The translations under genes were made by a program, and so were the position numbers. DNA of 64,000 nucleotides. It comes from Thermostichus sp. DRC_bins_24. Lineage in GTDB: Bacteria; Cyanobacteriota; Cyanobacteriia; Thermostichales; Thermostichaceae. The DNA is taken from assembly GCA_039794845.1 (NCBI GenBank), contig JAUQVK010000101.1, forward strand, positions 1,225 through 65,224. Reading direction: 5' to 3'. Positions 10,063 to 20,382 of this stretch are shown here, piece by piece (the stretch's first letter is position 1; each line of letters starts with the position of its first letter). The notes under the pieces were generated by a model that had not been told where the DNA came from, did no database searches, and saw nothing but the letters and a program-made list of their open reading frames with translations.

Positions 10063-10751
10063 ACCAAGGTGACCCAAAGCCTGGGTCACAAGAGCAGTGG
10101 GATCCTCCGATTGCCGAACCGGTGCGGGTGTTGGTGGCGGCAACCAGCGAAATTTCTCGCTTGGGGTTGCTGGCCCTTTTGGAGCGGGATCCCCTACAGG
10201 TGGTTGGGCAAGCTCAGATCCCGGAGCTGACCGCACAAATTGAGGCGCTAGAACCCGATGTGGTGGTGCTGGAGTGGAATGAATGGGATCCCGTTCCTGA
10301 GGCTTCTCTCTGGCAGGAAGACAAAAATCTGGCCTGGGTGATCCTCTCCACTGGCGGGGATCCCTTTTTTTGGGCCGGGGGATCGACGGCAGGACGTGCG
10401 CTACTGATCCGAGAGGCCACCGCCGAAGAAATCCGCCAGGCAGTTCAGGCTGTTGTGGCCGGGTTGTGGGTGATCCATCCCGAGCATCTGCGTTGGTCTA
10501 TCACCTTTGCCCCCACCGCTGCTGCAAATCCTGCCCTGGGAGAAACCCCACCTCCTGTCCTCACACCGCGGGAGATCGAGGTCTTAAACCTGCTGGCGGA
10601 GGGATCCGGCAACAAAGCCATCGCCAAGCAACTGCAGATCTCCGAGCACACTGTCAAATTTCACATCACCTCTTTGTTCCACAAGTTGGGATGCACCAGC
10701 CGCACCGAAGCCGTCACCGCTGGGATTAAGTTGGGCCTGATTTTGCTGTGA
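10047..10751 (+). CDS. NarL/LuxR-family response regulator with an atypical receiver
   Basis: C-terminal LuxR HTH (LTPREIEVL...NKAIAKQLQISEHTVKFH). The N-terminus is receiver-like. The start is uncertain. Confidence 0.9.
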   Translation: MERSLNQGDPKPGSQEQWDPPIAEPVRVLVAATSEISRLGLLALLERDPLQVVGQAQIPELTAQIEALEPDVVVLEWNEWDPVPEASLWQEDKNLAWVILSTGGDPFFWAGGSTAGRALLIREATAEEIRQAVQAVVAGLWVIHPEHLRWSITFAPTAAANPALGETPPPVLTPREIEVLNLLAEGSGNKAIAKQLQISEHTVKFHITSLFHKLGCTSRTEAVTAGIKLGLILL

Positions 10752-10763
10752 CTTGTCTGCACC

Positions 10764-11324
10764 TCAACGGCGTAGAAGCCAAAGGCGCCGGCGATCGCCA
10801 TGGCCCCCCTCCGCAAACACCACCCGACCGTAGCCCAAAAAATAAGGGTAAGGCCGGCTGCCACTGGCCAAAGCGGTCACGCCGTACAGGTAAGCTCCAG
10901 AGGTGGTCGGGGTAGAGATGGGCCTTAACCCCAAGGTGATGGTGGTGCCGGGGGCTAGGGCGGGCAAAAACTGTACGCGAATTTCTGAACCCCGCAGTTC
11001 GGTTTGAATTGGTACCGTCGGGGCTGTGGACTGCCAGCGATCCCCCAGTACCGCGGCGATGCGCTCCGGGTGAATGCGCAAGGCTTCCAAATTTTGGCTT
11101 TGGTCGATCACCAACGTTTGCAGGGGTTCTCCGGCATCTTGGGGCACCTGCACCGTGATCTGCAGGGTCGCACCACGGGCGTGGGTTTGGCGAGGGCTAA
11201 CGGCGGCCCTGAGCAAGCGAGGCACCTGCTGAAAATAGGTGGTGCCATCGGCAGTTTGAATGGCAAAAGCCGGGGATCCGCTCAGCCCCAGCACGGCCCA
11301 CAAGAGGATCCCCATTCGTTTCAT
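10764..11324 (-). CDS. DUF2808-family exported protein
   Basis: Signal peptide MKRMGILLWAVLGL...AFA, then DGTTYF..VPRL, VPQDAGEPL, G.YLYGVTA and FLGYGR. Start placed at ATG 11324. Confidence 0.8.
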   Translation of the reverse strand: MKRMGILLWAVLGLSGSPAFAIQTADGTTYFQQVPRLLRAAVSPRQTHARGATLQITVQVPQDAGEPLQTLVIDQSQNLEALRIHPERIAAVLGDRWQSTAPTVPIQTELRGSEIRVQFLPALAPGTTITLGLRPISTPTTSGAYLYGVTALASGSRPYPYFLGYGRVVFAEGGHGDRRRLWLLRR

Positions 11325-11626
11325 CGGCGCTTTTGATCCGTCAAGCAGTACCCCACCGACCAGTATCACCTGCCGGTGCTGTACAGCAGGAGAGGATTTG
11401 GGAGAACCGGCCGGAATTGCTTGCCGAGGGAGTGGTGAGCACAGCCCAGTCTGCTGTTGCTGCTGCCCACCATTGGTTGCCGTTGTGTTGGAATGACGCC
11501 GACCCTGTGCAAGGGCTGAGACACTCAGCGGCAAGGCTCTGCCCATCTTCAATGCTTTCCGCAGTCGATCGGTTATGCCACGCCATGGGCTGTGCCTCCA
11601 CAAGCTCGGCCAGATGGCGATGGCGG

Positions 11627-12898
11627 TCATTCCGTGTCCATAACCAGACGACGAAACGCCTTTTTCCCCACCTGTAAAATCCGCCCCGCTAACTCAGGGG
11701 GCTCGGCAAACTCCAGCTCCGGATCCTCGATCTTTTGGCCATCCAATCGCACAGCGCCCCCTTGAATTTGTCTGCGGGCATCGGAAGCGCTCTTGCACAA
11801 ACCTGACTCTCGCAAAAGGTAGGTGAGCTTGGCAGGATATTGCAACCGCCCGATGGAAAAGGTGGGGATGGATCCCGTCTTGTCGGTGCTTCCTTGTAAA
11901 ACCAAAGATTGAGCGGTGCGCTGGGCTTCTTCGGCGGCCTCTGGTGAGTGAAACTGGGCCACAATCGTCTTTGCCAGGAGAATTTGGCGCTCCCTTGGAT
12001 TCTCGGGCAACTCGGAAAGCGGGATCCGCGTCAGCAACTCAAAATAGCGCTCCACCAAGTGATCTGGCACCTTCTCCAGTTTGGAGTACATGGTGAGGGG
12101 ATCCTCCGTCAGCCCAACGTAGTTGTTTTTGGACTTGGACATTTTCTGGTAGCCATCCAAGCCCTCCAAGAGCGGCACCGTTAGGCAAAACTGTGGCGTT
12201 TGTCCTTTCCACATTTGCAAATCCCGCCCGGTGAGGAGGTTAAAGCGTTGGTCGGTTCCCCCCAGCTCCACATCCGCCTCTAGAGCCACCGAGTCGTAGC
12301 CCTGCAGGAGCGGGTAGAGAAATTCGTGCAAATAAACCGCCGTACCCGATTGATAGCGCTGGGCAAAGTCTTCTTTGGCCAACATTTGTCCCAAGGTCAT
12401 CTGGGCCTGCAGCTCGATCATCTGGGTGAGGGTCAGCCCCGCCAACCATTCGCTGTTGCGCCGCAGTTCCAACCGTCCGGGCGTTTCAAAGTCGAGAATT
12501 TGGCGCGCTTGATCCAGGTAGGTACGGGCATTGTCCTCAACTTCTGCGGGGGTTAGGCGAGGACGCGCCTCCGATTGCCCCGTCGGATCCCCCACCAGGG
12601 CAGTAAAGTCCCCAATCAACAAGATCGCCACATGGCCCGCATCCTGAAACTGCCGCAGCTTGCGCAACGCCACCGAATGGCCTAAGTGCAAGTCTGGTCG
12701 CGTCGGATCAATGCCCAACTTAATGCGCAAAGGGCGATCCGACTGTGCCAACCGCTCCGCCAAGGCCGTGGCCCCACCCGGAAAGATCTCCGCCACACCG
12801 CGCTCGGTAATCTCGGCTATCAAGGGATCCCGAATCCCGGAACGGACCACAGCTTGTGGGGATGATGTTGGCGACGACGTACTCAAACCCTGCTCCAT
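11627..12898 (-). CDS. tyrS: Tyrosine--tRNA ligase
   Basis: [31 protein letters not shown] and a C-terminal S4 domain. The start is uncertain (ORF open to 12964). Confidence 0.97.
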   Translation of the reverse strand: MEQGLSTSSPTSSPQAVVRSGIRDPLIAEITERGVAEIFPGGATALAERLAQSDRPLRIKLGIDPTRPDLHLGHSVALRKLRQFQDAGHVAILLIGDFTALVGDPTGQSEARPRLTPAEVEDNARTYLDQARQILDFETPGRLELRRNSEWLAGLTLTQMIELQAQMTLGQMLAKEDFAQRYQSGTAVYLHEFLYPLLQGYDSVALEADVELGGTDQRFNLLTGRDLQMWKGQTPQFCLTVPLLEGLDGYQKMSKSKNNYVGLTEDPLTMYSKLEKVPDHLVERYFELLTRIPLSELPENPRERQILLAKTIVAQFHSPEAAEEAQRTAQSLVLQGSTDKTGSIPTFSIGRLQYPAKLTYLLRESGLCKSASDARRQIQGGAVRLDGQKIEDPELEFAEPPELAGRILQVGKKAFRRLVMDTE

Positions 12899-13066
12899 CG
12901 GCTCGACACATGGGCCATTTTCCCTTAAGCGTACGCTACAGGAAAGTCCGTTCAGGTTCTCCATCCTTCCAAGTTGTCAACAGGGATAATGCTTTGAACA
13001 ACTGGGATCCATTGCCCTGTTGGGGCGATAAGCCTCGCCCTATAATGGGGCAGGTTTGTTGGGGTT

Positions 13067-15058
13067 GTGGACGTGACCTACAGTCGCAAACGGTCAGCCG
13101 ATTGGGCAAAAGAGCCCGCTTCCGGTCCTCCCTCTAGCCGTCGCCCCACTCCCGGGGCATGGATCAACGAGCAAGCCGACTATTCTCCCGGGCCACGGCC
13201 TTCTTTGCTGGGTCAAGTTGCGGGTGCAGTGGGGAATCTGCTACTGGGATCCCTGTTGCTTGGTTCCACCGCTACGGCTGCCGGGCTGGTGGGCTTGGCG
13301 ATCAGCTTCCGCAACCTGCCGGATGTGCATCAACTGCGGGACTACGTACCGATTGCCACCACCCATATTGTGGATATTCGGGGTGAGCCGATTGCCAGCC
13401 TGCACGGGGAGGCCAACCGGGAGGTGATCTCGGTGGAAGAGGTATCCCCGGAGATGAAAAAGGCGCTACTGGCCATCGAAGACAGCCACTTCTACACCCA
13501 CCGGGGCATTAACCCCATCAGCTTGGGTCGGGTGATCTTGGGCAGCGTGGAAGGGGGGATTGGCTCTGCGGGGGGGGGATCCACCCTAACGATGCAGTTG
13601 GTGAAAAACCTGTTCTTAACCCCGGAACGGAGTCTTAGCCGCAAAGTGGCCGAGGCCGTACTGGCGGTGCGTATGGAGCAGGTCTTCAGCAAAGACGAGA
13701 TCCTGGAGATGTACCTCAATCAGGTGTATTGGGGACACAACCTCTACGGCATCCAAACCGCGGCCCGCAGCTACTTCAACAAAAACGCGGCGGAGCTGAA
13801 CCTGGCTGAATCCGCCTTGTTGGCCGGGATCCTACCCGCCCCGGAAACCCTCAGCCCTTTTCGTAACCTGGAGGGGGCCAAGCGACGGCAACGGTTGGTG
13901 CTGGATCGTCTGGTGGAATTGAACTGGATCACCCCTGAAGAAGCCCAGGCGGCCCGCGAGCAAGAATTAACCCTAGGCCGCATCACCTCCTTCCAGAGCA
14001 ATGCCCCGGCCGTCACCGATGCCATTGAAGCCGAAATCCGCCGTCGCTACGGGGAACAAGCCCTGATGCAGGGAGGCTTGCGGGTTCAGTCCACCATCGA
14101 TCTGCGCCTGCAACGGATCGCCCAGCGCATCGTCAACGAAGATGGCCCTCGCATTGCTGCGGCTCGGCGTGCTGACCAGATGGCTTTGGCGGCCGTGGAT
14201 CCGCGTACGGGATATGTCAAGGCCATTGTGGGGGGGATCAACGCCCAGCGAGGTCAGTTTAACCGCGCCACCCAAGCCTTCCGCCAAACGGGATCCACTT
14301 TTAAGCCCTACGTGTTCTACGCGGCCTTGGCCACGGGGCGCTACTTCCCGGGCACCATCCTGGAGGATACCCCGGTCACTTATCCCGGATCCCCGCCCTA
14401 CAGCCCGAAGAACTACGACAATACTTTCCTCGGCCCTCTTTCCTTTGCGCGTGCCCTGGAATTGTCTCGCAACGTGCCCACCGTGAAGTTGGCAGACGAT
14501 GTCGGGATCCGCAACGTCATTGCGGCGGCTCAGGCCACAGGCATTAGCGCCGAGATGTTCCCCAATCTGGCCACCGCCCTGGGTTCCGCCAGCATTAGCC
14601 CCCTGGAAATGGCCGCTAGCTATGCAGTGTTTGCCAATGGGGGTCATGCGCTGGAGCCGACACTGTTGGCCCAGGTGGTGGATCGCAACGGCCAAATTCT
14701 CTTTGAGGCCAAGCCCAGCTTGGAGCCGGTTTTGGATCCTTGGTCGGTGGCGGTTCTCAACCAAATCCTCAAGGGGGTTGTGACCAGTGGCACGGGTACG
14801 GCCGCTCGGCTGGACGATGGGCGGCCTGTGGCGGGCAAAACCGGAACCACCTCAGACTTTCGGGATGCCTGGTTTATCGGCTATGTACCGCAGCTTTCCA
14901 CGGCCATTTGGATCGGCAACGATGACAACTCCCCCATGCTCCCGAGCACAACGGGTGGCGCTTCTGTGGCTCCTACTTGGAAGCGGTTTATGACCGAAGC
15001 CCTAGAAGGGATCCCCGCCCAAGACTTCCCCGGTCCCGGTCAGTTTCCCCGACCCTGA
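13067..15058 (+). CDS. Class A penicillin-binding protein (PBP1a family)
   Basis: Transglycosylase motifs EDSHFYTH and GGSTLTMQL. Transpeptidase motifs STFK, SRN and KTGT. N-terminal TM segment. Confidence 0.95.
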   Translation: MDVTYSRKRSADWAKEPASGPPSSRRPTPGAWINEQADYSPGPRPSLLGQVAGAVGNLLLGSLLLGSTATAAGLVGLAISFRNLPDVHQLRDYVPIATTHIVDIRGEPIASLHGEANREVISVEEVSPEMKKALLAIEDSHFYTHRGINPISLGRVILGSVEGGIGSAGGGSTLTMQLVKNLFLTPERSLSRKVAEAVLAVRMEQVFSKDEILEMYLNQVYWGHNLYGIQTAARSYFNKNAAELNLAESALLAGILPAPETLSPFRNLEGAKRRQRLVLDRLVELNWITPEEAQAAREQELTLGRITSFQSNAPAVTDAIEAEIRRRYGEQALMQGGLRVQSTIDLRLQRIAQRIVNEDGPRIAAARRADQMALAAVDPRTGYVKAIVGGINAQRGQFNRATQAFRQTGSTFKPYVFYAALATGRYFPGTILEDTPVTYPGSPPYSPKNYDNTFLGPLSFARALELSRNVPTVKLADDVGIRNVIAAAQATGISAEMFPNLATALGSASISPLEMAASYAVFANGGHALEPTLLAQVVDRNGQILFEAKPSLEPVLDPWSVAVLNQILKGVVTSGTGTAARLDDGRPVAGKTGTTSDFRDAWFIGYVPQLSTAIWIGNDDNSPMLPSTTGGASVAPTWKRFMTEALEGIPAQDFPGPGQFPRP

Positions 15059-15109
15059 GGGGGATCCGGAGACATTCATCGCTTGCGTAACTGACCCGGA
15101 GGGATCCCT

Positions 15110-15448
15110 GTGATCGACAGCCCAGACCGACTGGATCGCATCGAACGCACGGTGGAGGCGAATGCGCAAGCGATCGCCCAGTTGGTTCAGCAAAATCAGG
15201 AGGTCTTGCAAACCATTGCCCAGACCGAAGAGCGTATTGCCCAGACCGAAGAGCGTATTGCCAGAACTGAAGAGCGTATCGAAGCTGAGGTCAAACGTTG
15301 GGATGAACGGTTTTTCCAACTCAGCCGCGATACCCTCAATTTCACTCGCAACATCGTGACCATCGCTGCAGTGACTGCCGTTTTAATCCCACTGCTCAAG
15401 GATGTCGCGCCCCTGGTTGTCGAGCTGTTGCGGGAGGGATCCCGATAG
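15110..15448 (+). CDS. Small coiled-coil protein with a C-terminal TM segment and heptad repeats
   Basis: IAQTEER x3, then [13 protein letters not shown] and a hydrophobic tail. A GGAGG SD precedes the GTG start. Confidence 0.75.
   Translation: MIDSPDRLDRIERTVEANAQAIAQLVQQNQEVLQTIAQTEERIAQTEERIARTEERIEAEVKRWDERFFQLSRDTLNFTRNIVTIAAVTAVLIPLLKDVAPLVVELLREGSR
15215..15277 (+). repeat. 21-bp coding tandem repeat x3
   Basis: ATTGCCCAGACCGAAGAGCGT twice exactly, then ATTGCCAGAACTGAAGAGCGT. Confidence 0.95.
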
Positions 15449-15608
15449 GGTTGGCCAAACTCTATTTCCCGACGCGAAAGACCGGCGGGGATCCCAAAGC
15501 GTAGTCACTCTGAGTTACACTGAGACTGCAAAGAAAGGTAACACCTTCCTCAGGTCAACCCCTCACTTCCTTGCACCCCTTCGCACAAGACAAAGAGGAC
15601 AGACGATT

Positions 15609-16208
15609 ATGGCTTTTGAACTCCCGGCTCTGCCCTATGCCTCCGATGCGCTCCAGCCTTACATGTCGGCGGAGACGTTCTCCTTCCATCACGGCAAACA
15701 CCACGCTGCCTATGTGACCAACCTAAACAAACTGATCGAGGGTACCGATCTGGCCGGCAAATCGTTGGAAGAGATCATCAAGGCCACCTTCGGGGATCCG
15801 GCCAAAGCAGGTATCTTCAACAATGCGGCCCAAGTCTGGAATCACACCTTCTTCTGGGAATCCATGAAGCCGGGTGGAGGGGGTGCGCCTACCGGGGCGA
15901 TTGCCGACAAGATCAACGCCGACTTTGGGGGCTATGACCAGTTTGCGGAAGCCTTCAAAACGGCTGCTGCCACTCAGTTTGGTAGTGGCTGGGCTTGGTT
16001 GGTGTTAGACAATGGCACCCTGAAAGTAACCAAAACCCCCAACGCCGAAAACCCCTTGGTGCACGGCCAAACCCCTTTGCTCACCTTGGATGTGTGGGAG
16101 CACGCCTACTACCTGGACTACCAAAACAAGCGCCCCGACTTCATCAGCGCCTATTTGGAGCACCTGGTGAGCTGGGATGCGGCCAATGCTCGTCTGGCCG
16201 CCGCCTGA
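15609..16208 (+). CDS. sodB: Fe superoxide dismutase
   Basis: HHGKHH, Fe-type [17 protein letters not shown] and [11 protein letters not shown] 15609 follows a GAGG SD. Confidence 0.96.
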   Translation: MAFELPALPYASDALQPYMSAETFSFHHGKHHAAYVTNLNKLIEGTDLAGKSLEEIIKATFGDPAKAGIFNNAAQVWNHTFFWESMKPGGGGAPTGAIADKINADFGGYDQFAEAFKTAAATQFGSGWAWLVLDNGTLKVTKTPNAENPLVHGQTPLLTLDVWEHAYYLDYQNKRPDFISAYLEHLVSWDAANARLAAA

Positions 16209-16220
16209 ATTCATCTTTTC

Positions 16221-16245
16221 TGGGATCCCTGGACGGGGGATCCCA
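16221..16245. terminator. Hairpin made of two GGGATCCC copies after sodB
   Basis: TGGGATCCC-TGGACGG-GGGATCCCA lies just downstream of the sodB stop, in a convergent gap. Confidence 0.45.
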
Positions 16246-16265
16246 TTCAAGACTAGTTCTGCATG

Positions 16266-16370
16266 ACAGCCCTTTCGCTAGTCACATGTAACAACCGTGG
16301 AAGTTGAGATCCACCCCCCAGGGCTAAAGAAGCATAAGCCCTGCCGTAGAAAACCCGCGTAAGGGCTGTA
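16266..16370. mobile_element. MITE copy 2 (complete, ~105 bp)
   Basis: Terminal inverted repeats ACAGCCCTT (16266-16274) and AAGGGCTGT (16361-16369). Non-coding. Homologous to 1-99 and 63951-64000. Confidence 0.8.
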
Positions 16371-16417
16371 TCTTGCTTGGGATCCAGATGGTTTTCATCA
16401 GGATCTTTTTTTTGAGG

Positions 16418-18040
16418 TTAATCTCCTCCCATCCGGTCCCGCTCCTCGCGCAATTGTTGTAAGCGGCTGGGGGTAGGGGCCGCTGCAGGGGTTGCAGGGG
16501 TGGGGGCTGGAGCTGGAGTAGCCGGATTCCTCTCGGGAAAGAGGGGTTGGTTGATGGGTTGGGGGGGGACCGGTGTGGCGGGAACAGGGGTAGCCACAGG
16601 AGCAGGCGCAGCGACGGGCGGCGGTGGTGGAGCCACCGGGGCCGGTGTAGGAGGGGCGGGGGCCACTTGCTGAGGAGGGGCAGGCGGTGGGGTGGCGGTG
16701 GGCTCCGGTTCTGGGGTGACTTCCGGTTCCGGGGGTTCAGGCTCAGCTTCCGATTCAAGGGTTCCCGGATCATCCTCAAACACCAGTTCCCCCTCAGGAT
16801 CCCGCAGCAGCCAGTCCTCTAGGGAATCGCGGGAGGGATCCCCTAGGTCGGGCTGTTCTGAGCTTGGGGCAGCAGGCGGTGGTTCAATTCTCTCCCTGGG
16901 ATTCAAGAGCAAGCGCAGGCCCCAAAAGGTCCCCCCTGAGATCGCCACAAAAAAGGCTATCCCCCACCAGAGGGGCAAAGCTTTGCCCTTCGGTTCTGGC
17001 GACGAAGCGAGCAGGTGAGTGCCTTCCTGACCATCGATGGCCGCCAGGGTGCGCTCCGAAAAGATCGGCGTGGTGGGGGGCGTGATGCGGGTGAAGGGGG
17101 CAATCAGGCCGGCGGTGGGCTTCTGTTGTAGGGATCCCTCCAATTGGGCACTCAGGGTTTTCATATCTTGAGGCCGTTGGTCAGGGTCTTTGGCCAAACA
17201 GGAAAGCACCACCTGTTCCAGCTCCACCGGAATGTCGTAGGGCAACTCCGAACGGTCAAACGGCTGAGGCGGCTGGTGGTTATGGGCCTCGTACCAGCCG
17301 GGGAAAGAATCGGTTTTCGGTCGCAGAGGTTGCTGCCCCGTCAGCATACGGTAGAGCACCACCCCGAAGGAGTAGATATCGGAGCGGGCATCCAATTCAT
17401 CCCCACGCACCTGCTCCGGCGAGGCATAGCGCACCGTGCCCAAAAAGCCCGTGGTTTGGGTGCCGAGGGCGATGGAGACATCGCTGAGCAATTTGGCAAT
17501 GCCGAAATCCAGAATTTTGACCGTTTCTCCGAGGGTCTCGTCTTTCAGGGTGAAGATGTTGCTGGGTTTGATATCTCGATGAATAACTCCCTTGATGGGC
17601 TGGCCATCCTGGTTGGTCTCCAGGCTGTGGGCATGATGCAGACCCGCACACACCTGCCGAGCAATATTCACCACACGGTTGGGGGGCATGGGCTTGTACT
17701 TGAGCATCAGCTCTCCCAAACTGTGCCCCGTCAGGTATTCCATCACCAAATAGGGTTGGTTGTTCTCCAGCCCATAATCCAGCACCTTGACGATAGAGGG
17801 GTGCTCCCCCAAAAGGATGCTAATGCGGACTTCCTGCCCAAAGCGTTTGTGCAGTTGTCGTTGCGTATCGGCATTGCCCCCTAGATTCTGGTGCAGTAGC
17901 TTCACCGCCACCGGGCGATTGAAGAGGCGCGTGTCGATGGCTTTGAACACCTGACCCATGCCACCCGCAGAAATACTTTGAACCAGTTGGTAGCGCTGAC
18001 CGATCAACTTCCCCGGGGCGAGCTGGTTCATAGGCGGCAC
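16418..18040 (-). CDS. Hanks-type Ser/Thr protein kinase with a TM helix and a Pro-rich C-terminal tail
   Basis: GGMGQVF, VAVK, HRDIKPSN, DFG and YASPEQ motifs. TM segment LWWGIAFFVAISGGTFWGL. Confidence 0.95.
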   Translation of the reverse strand: MPPMNQLAPGKLIGQRYQLVQSISAGGMGQVFKAIDTRLFNRPVAVKLLHQNLGGNADTQRQLHKRFGQEVRISILLGEHPSIVKVLDYGLENNQPYLVMEYLTGHSLGELMLKYKPMPPNRVVNIARQVCAGLHHAHSLETNQDGQPIKGVIHRDIKPSNIFTLKDETLGETVKILDFGIAKLLSDVSIALGTQTTGFLGTVRYASPEQVRGDELDARSDIYSFGVVLYRMLTGQQPLRPKTDSFPGWYEAHNHQPPQPFDRSELPYDIPVELEQVVLSCLAKDPDQRPQDMKTLSAQLEGSLQQKPTAGLIAPFTRITPPTTPIFSERTLAAIDGQEGTHLLASSPEPKGKALPLWWGIAFFVAISGGTFWGLRLLLNPRERIEPPPAAPSSEQPDLGDPSRDSLEDWLLRDPEGELVFEDDPGTLESEAEPEPPEPEVTPEPEPTATPPPAPPQQVAPAPPTPAPVAPPPPPVAAPAPVATPVPATPVPPQPINQPLFPERNPATPAPAPTPATPAAAPTPSRLQQLREERDRMGGD

Positions 18041-18211
18041 AGGAGCACTTACCCTCCGATTCTAATGTGCAAGGCAGCTCTCCGGTCTGTATTGTCCCTG
18101 ACGGTATCTTTGTACGGTAACTCTGCGCTCAAGAGCCATCTGTGGGGATCTGGTAAACTCATGCGGGCGCTTCGCTCGGATTGGGCGTGTTTGCTACTTG
18201 TCAGGTGATCT

Positions 18212-20284
18212 ATGCTGGCCAGCTTCACTCAGTTTCCAGGGGGTCCCTTCGCCGTGCTGATGGGCCCAATCGAGAATCCGGTGTTGGTGTTTCTGGTGAT
18301 CATGACGATCATGCTGGTGGCTCCCCTGCTGTTCGAGCGGGTGCGACTGCCGGGGATCATCGGCCTGATCTTGGCGGGGCTGGTGGTGGGGCCCTATGGC
18401 CTGGGGATTTTGCAGCGCGACGACACGATCATTCTGCTGGGTACGGTGGGGCTGCTGTTTTTAATGTTCATGGCCGGGTTGGAAACCAGCCTGGAAGACC
18501 TGAAATTGAATGCTGGCAAGGCCAGTATTTTTGGGGCGCTCACGTTTACGTTGCCAATGCTCATCGGCACGGGGGCAATGCTGGCGCTGGGGTACGACTT
18601 TCTGGCGGCGGTGCTGGTGGCGTCTTGTTTTGCCTCCCACACGCTGATTGGTTTGCCCATTGTCTCGAAGCTGGGGCTGATGCGCCTGCAAACGGTGACG
18701 GCAACCCTGGGGGCAACTTTGATCACCAACGTCTTGGCTTTGTTGGTGCTGGCGGTGGTGGTGCGGGCTCATCAGGGGGAGCTGACGCTGCAATTCTGGT
18801 TGACCTTGATCCCTTCGATTGCCCTCTACACCTTTGCCACCCTGTGGGGAGTGCCGAAGTTGGGGGGGTGGTTCTTTCAACGCTTTGGCCACGATGAGGG
18901 GGCAGAGTTTACCTTTGTCATCGCCACGCTGTTTGTGGTGGCCTATGGGGCCGAGTTGATCGGCATTGAGCCGGTGGTGGGGGCTTTTTTGGCAGGTACC
19001 GCCATTACCCCGATCATCCCACAGCTCAGCCCCCTCATGAACCGCATCCAGTTCATCGGCAACACCCTGTTTGTGCCCTTTTTCCTGATCTCGGTGGGGA
19101 TGTTGATCAACCCTGGCATTCTTTTCGGGGAACCCCGGTCGCTGTTGGTGGGGGGGGTGATGATCGGGGCGGAGGTGGTGAGCAAGTTTGGGGCAGCCTG
19201 GATCCCGGCCCAGCTATTTGGCTGGCGCTTTTCCAGCACCATGGTCATGTTTGGCCTGTCGGTGGCGCAGGCGGCAGCAACGCTGGCGGCGATCACGGTG
19301 GCTTTTGAAGTGCAGCTGGTGGATGAGCTGACGGTGAACGGCACCATCGCCATGATCCTGGTTACCTGTGTGGCCTCCCCCTGGATTGTTGCCCACTGGG
19401 GGGATCAGATTCGGCCGACAGAGGTGGTGGCGGAATCCACCGAGCTACCCAAGCCCCACTGGGGAACCCGTGTCTTGGTGCCGGTGGCTAACCCCGATAC
19501 CGAGAACAACCTGCTGCGGCTGGCGTTGCTCTTGACCAAGAAAGAAGGAGGAACGCTGTTGCCGTTGCATGTGGTGTCGGATCGCAGCGGCATTTTGCCA
19601 GGGGCTCTGTCTCAGCAGGAGCAATTGTTGAGCTACGCCGAAGCTTTTGCCCACAGTGCTGTGACGCGAGTGGAGCCGATCCGACGGGTGGATGACTCCA
19701 TTGACAAAGGGATCGTCCGTTCGGCAGCCGAACGACAGGCCAGCTTGGTGGTGTTGGGGTGGAAAGGCTACTCCACCTATGCAGAGAACTTTTTTGGCAG
19801 CGTGATCGACGCGGTGGTGCGGCAGGCAGGGATCCCGGTGTTGATCACCCGCTTCCCCATGGCTATCGAGATGACCCGGCGTATTCTTTTGGTTGCCGCT
19901 GAGCTGGAGGTCTCGGCCCGCTCTCTACAGGAGACCGTCGGACTGGCCCAGACCTTGGCCCGAGAATTGAAAGCCAGCCTGCAGATTCTGCTGGTACAAA
20001 CCCGACCGGCGGGGGAACGAGGGATCCCCAAGCTGAAGCTGGATGAAGCGGTATACCCAAACTTGTCGATCCAACGGGTGCAGGGAGGGTTGGTGTCGGA
20101 GGTGCTAAAGGCCCTTCAGGCGGGAGATGTGTTGATGTTGATCCCGAGCGAAAGTCGCAATCGCTCTCGTTTGGGTCGAGAGCCGGAGATTATCGCCCGC
20201 AACCGACCGACGCTATCGATGATCGTGGTGCATGTGCCCCGGGATCCGGCTCACCGAGTGGCAACGGAGCAGTCCTGGTATTGA
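18212..20284 (+). CDS. Cation:proton antiporter (CPA2) with a C-terminal USP domain (NhaS5-like)
   Basis: Many TM helices, FMAGLE, ASHTL and PFFLISVG motifs, and a USP-like RVLVPVANP...FFGSVID region. Confidence 0.92.
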   Translation: MLASFTQFPGGPFAVLMGPIENPVLVFLVIMTIMLVAPLLFERVRLPGIIGLILAGLVVGPYGLGILQRDDTIILLGTVGLLFLMFMAGLETSLEDLKLNAGKASIFGALTFTLPMLIGTGAMLALGYDFLAAVLVASCFASHTLIGLPIVSKLGLMRLQTVTATLGATLITNVLALLVLAVVVRAHQGELTLQFWLTLIPSIALYTFATLWGVPKLGGWFFQRFGHDEGAEFTFVIATLFVVAYGAELIGIEPVVGAFLAGTAITPIIPQLSPLMNRIQFIGNTLFVPFFLISVGMLINPGILFGEPRSLLVGGVMIGAEVVSKFGAAWIPAQLFGWRFSSTMVMFGLSVAQAAATLAAITVAFEVQLVDELTVNGTIAMILVTCVASPWIVAHWGDQIRPTEVVAESTELPKPHWGTRVLVPVANPDTENNLLRLALLLTKKEGGTLLPLHVVSDRSGILPGALSQQEQLLSYAEAFAHSAVTRVEPIRRVDDSIDKGIVRSAAERQASLVVLGWKGYSTYAENFFGSVIDAVVRQAGIPVLITRFPMAIEMTRRILLVAAELEVSARSLQETVGLAQTLARELKASLQILLVQTRPAGERGIPKLKLDEAVYPNLSIQRVQGGLVSEVLKALQAGDVLMLIPSESRNRSRLGREPEIIARNRPTLSMIVVHVPRDPAHRVATEQSWY

Positions 20285-20382
20285 GGGGTTTAAGCTGCCT
20301 TCTGGCCCGGCCCACTTGGTAGACTAGGATGTCCCCGGGTTTGGGGCCTGAGAATTGGTGCTCGTCACGGAATTGAGTTGAT

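Noticed and set aside
7564..10751. Integrated element or prophage at tRNA-Leu
   Set aside because: No integrase, phage genes or duplicated tRNA 3' end were noticed. Only a small AT-rich islet is supportable.
11325..11630. 102-aa N-terminal extension of the DUF2808 ORF, starting at an ATG that overlaps the tyrS stop
   Set aside because: The extension has no protein-like pattern, and a clear signal peptide begins at ATG 11324. It is probably an incidental open frame, although the 300-bp gap remains unexplained.
16430..16760. Low-complexity G-rich repeats
   Set aside because: They encode the Pro/Ala/Glu-rich tail of the Ser/Thr kinase.
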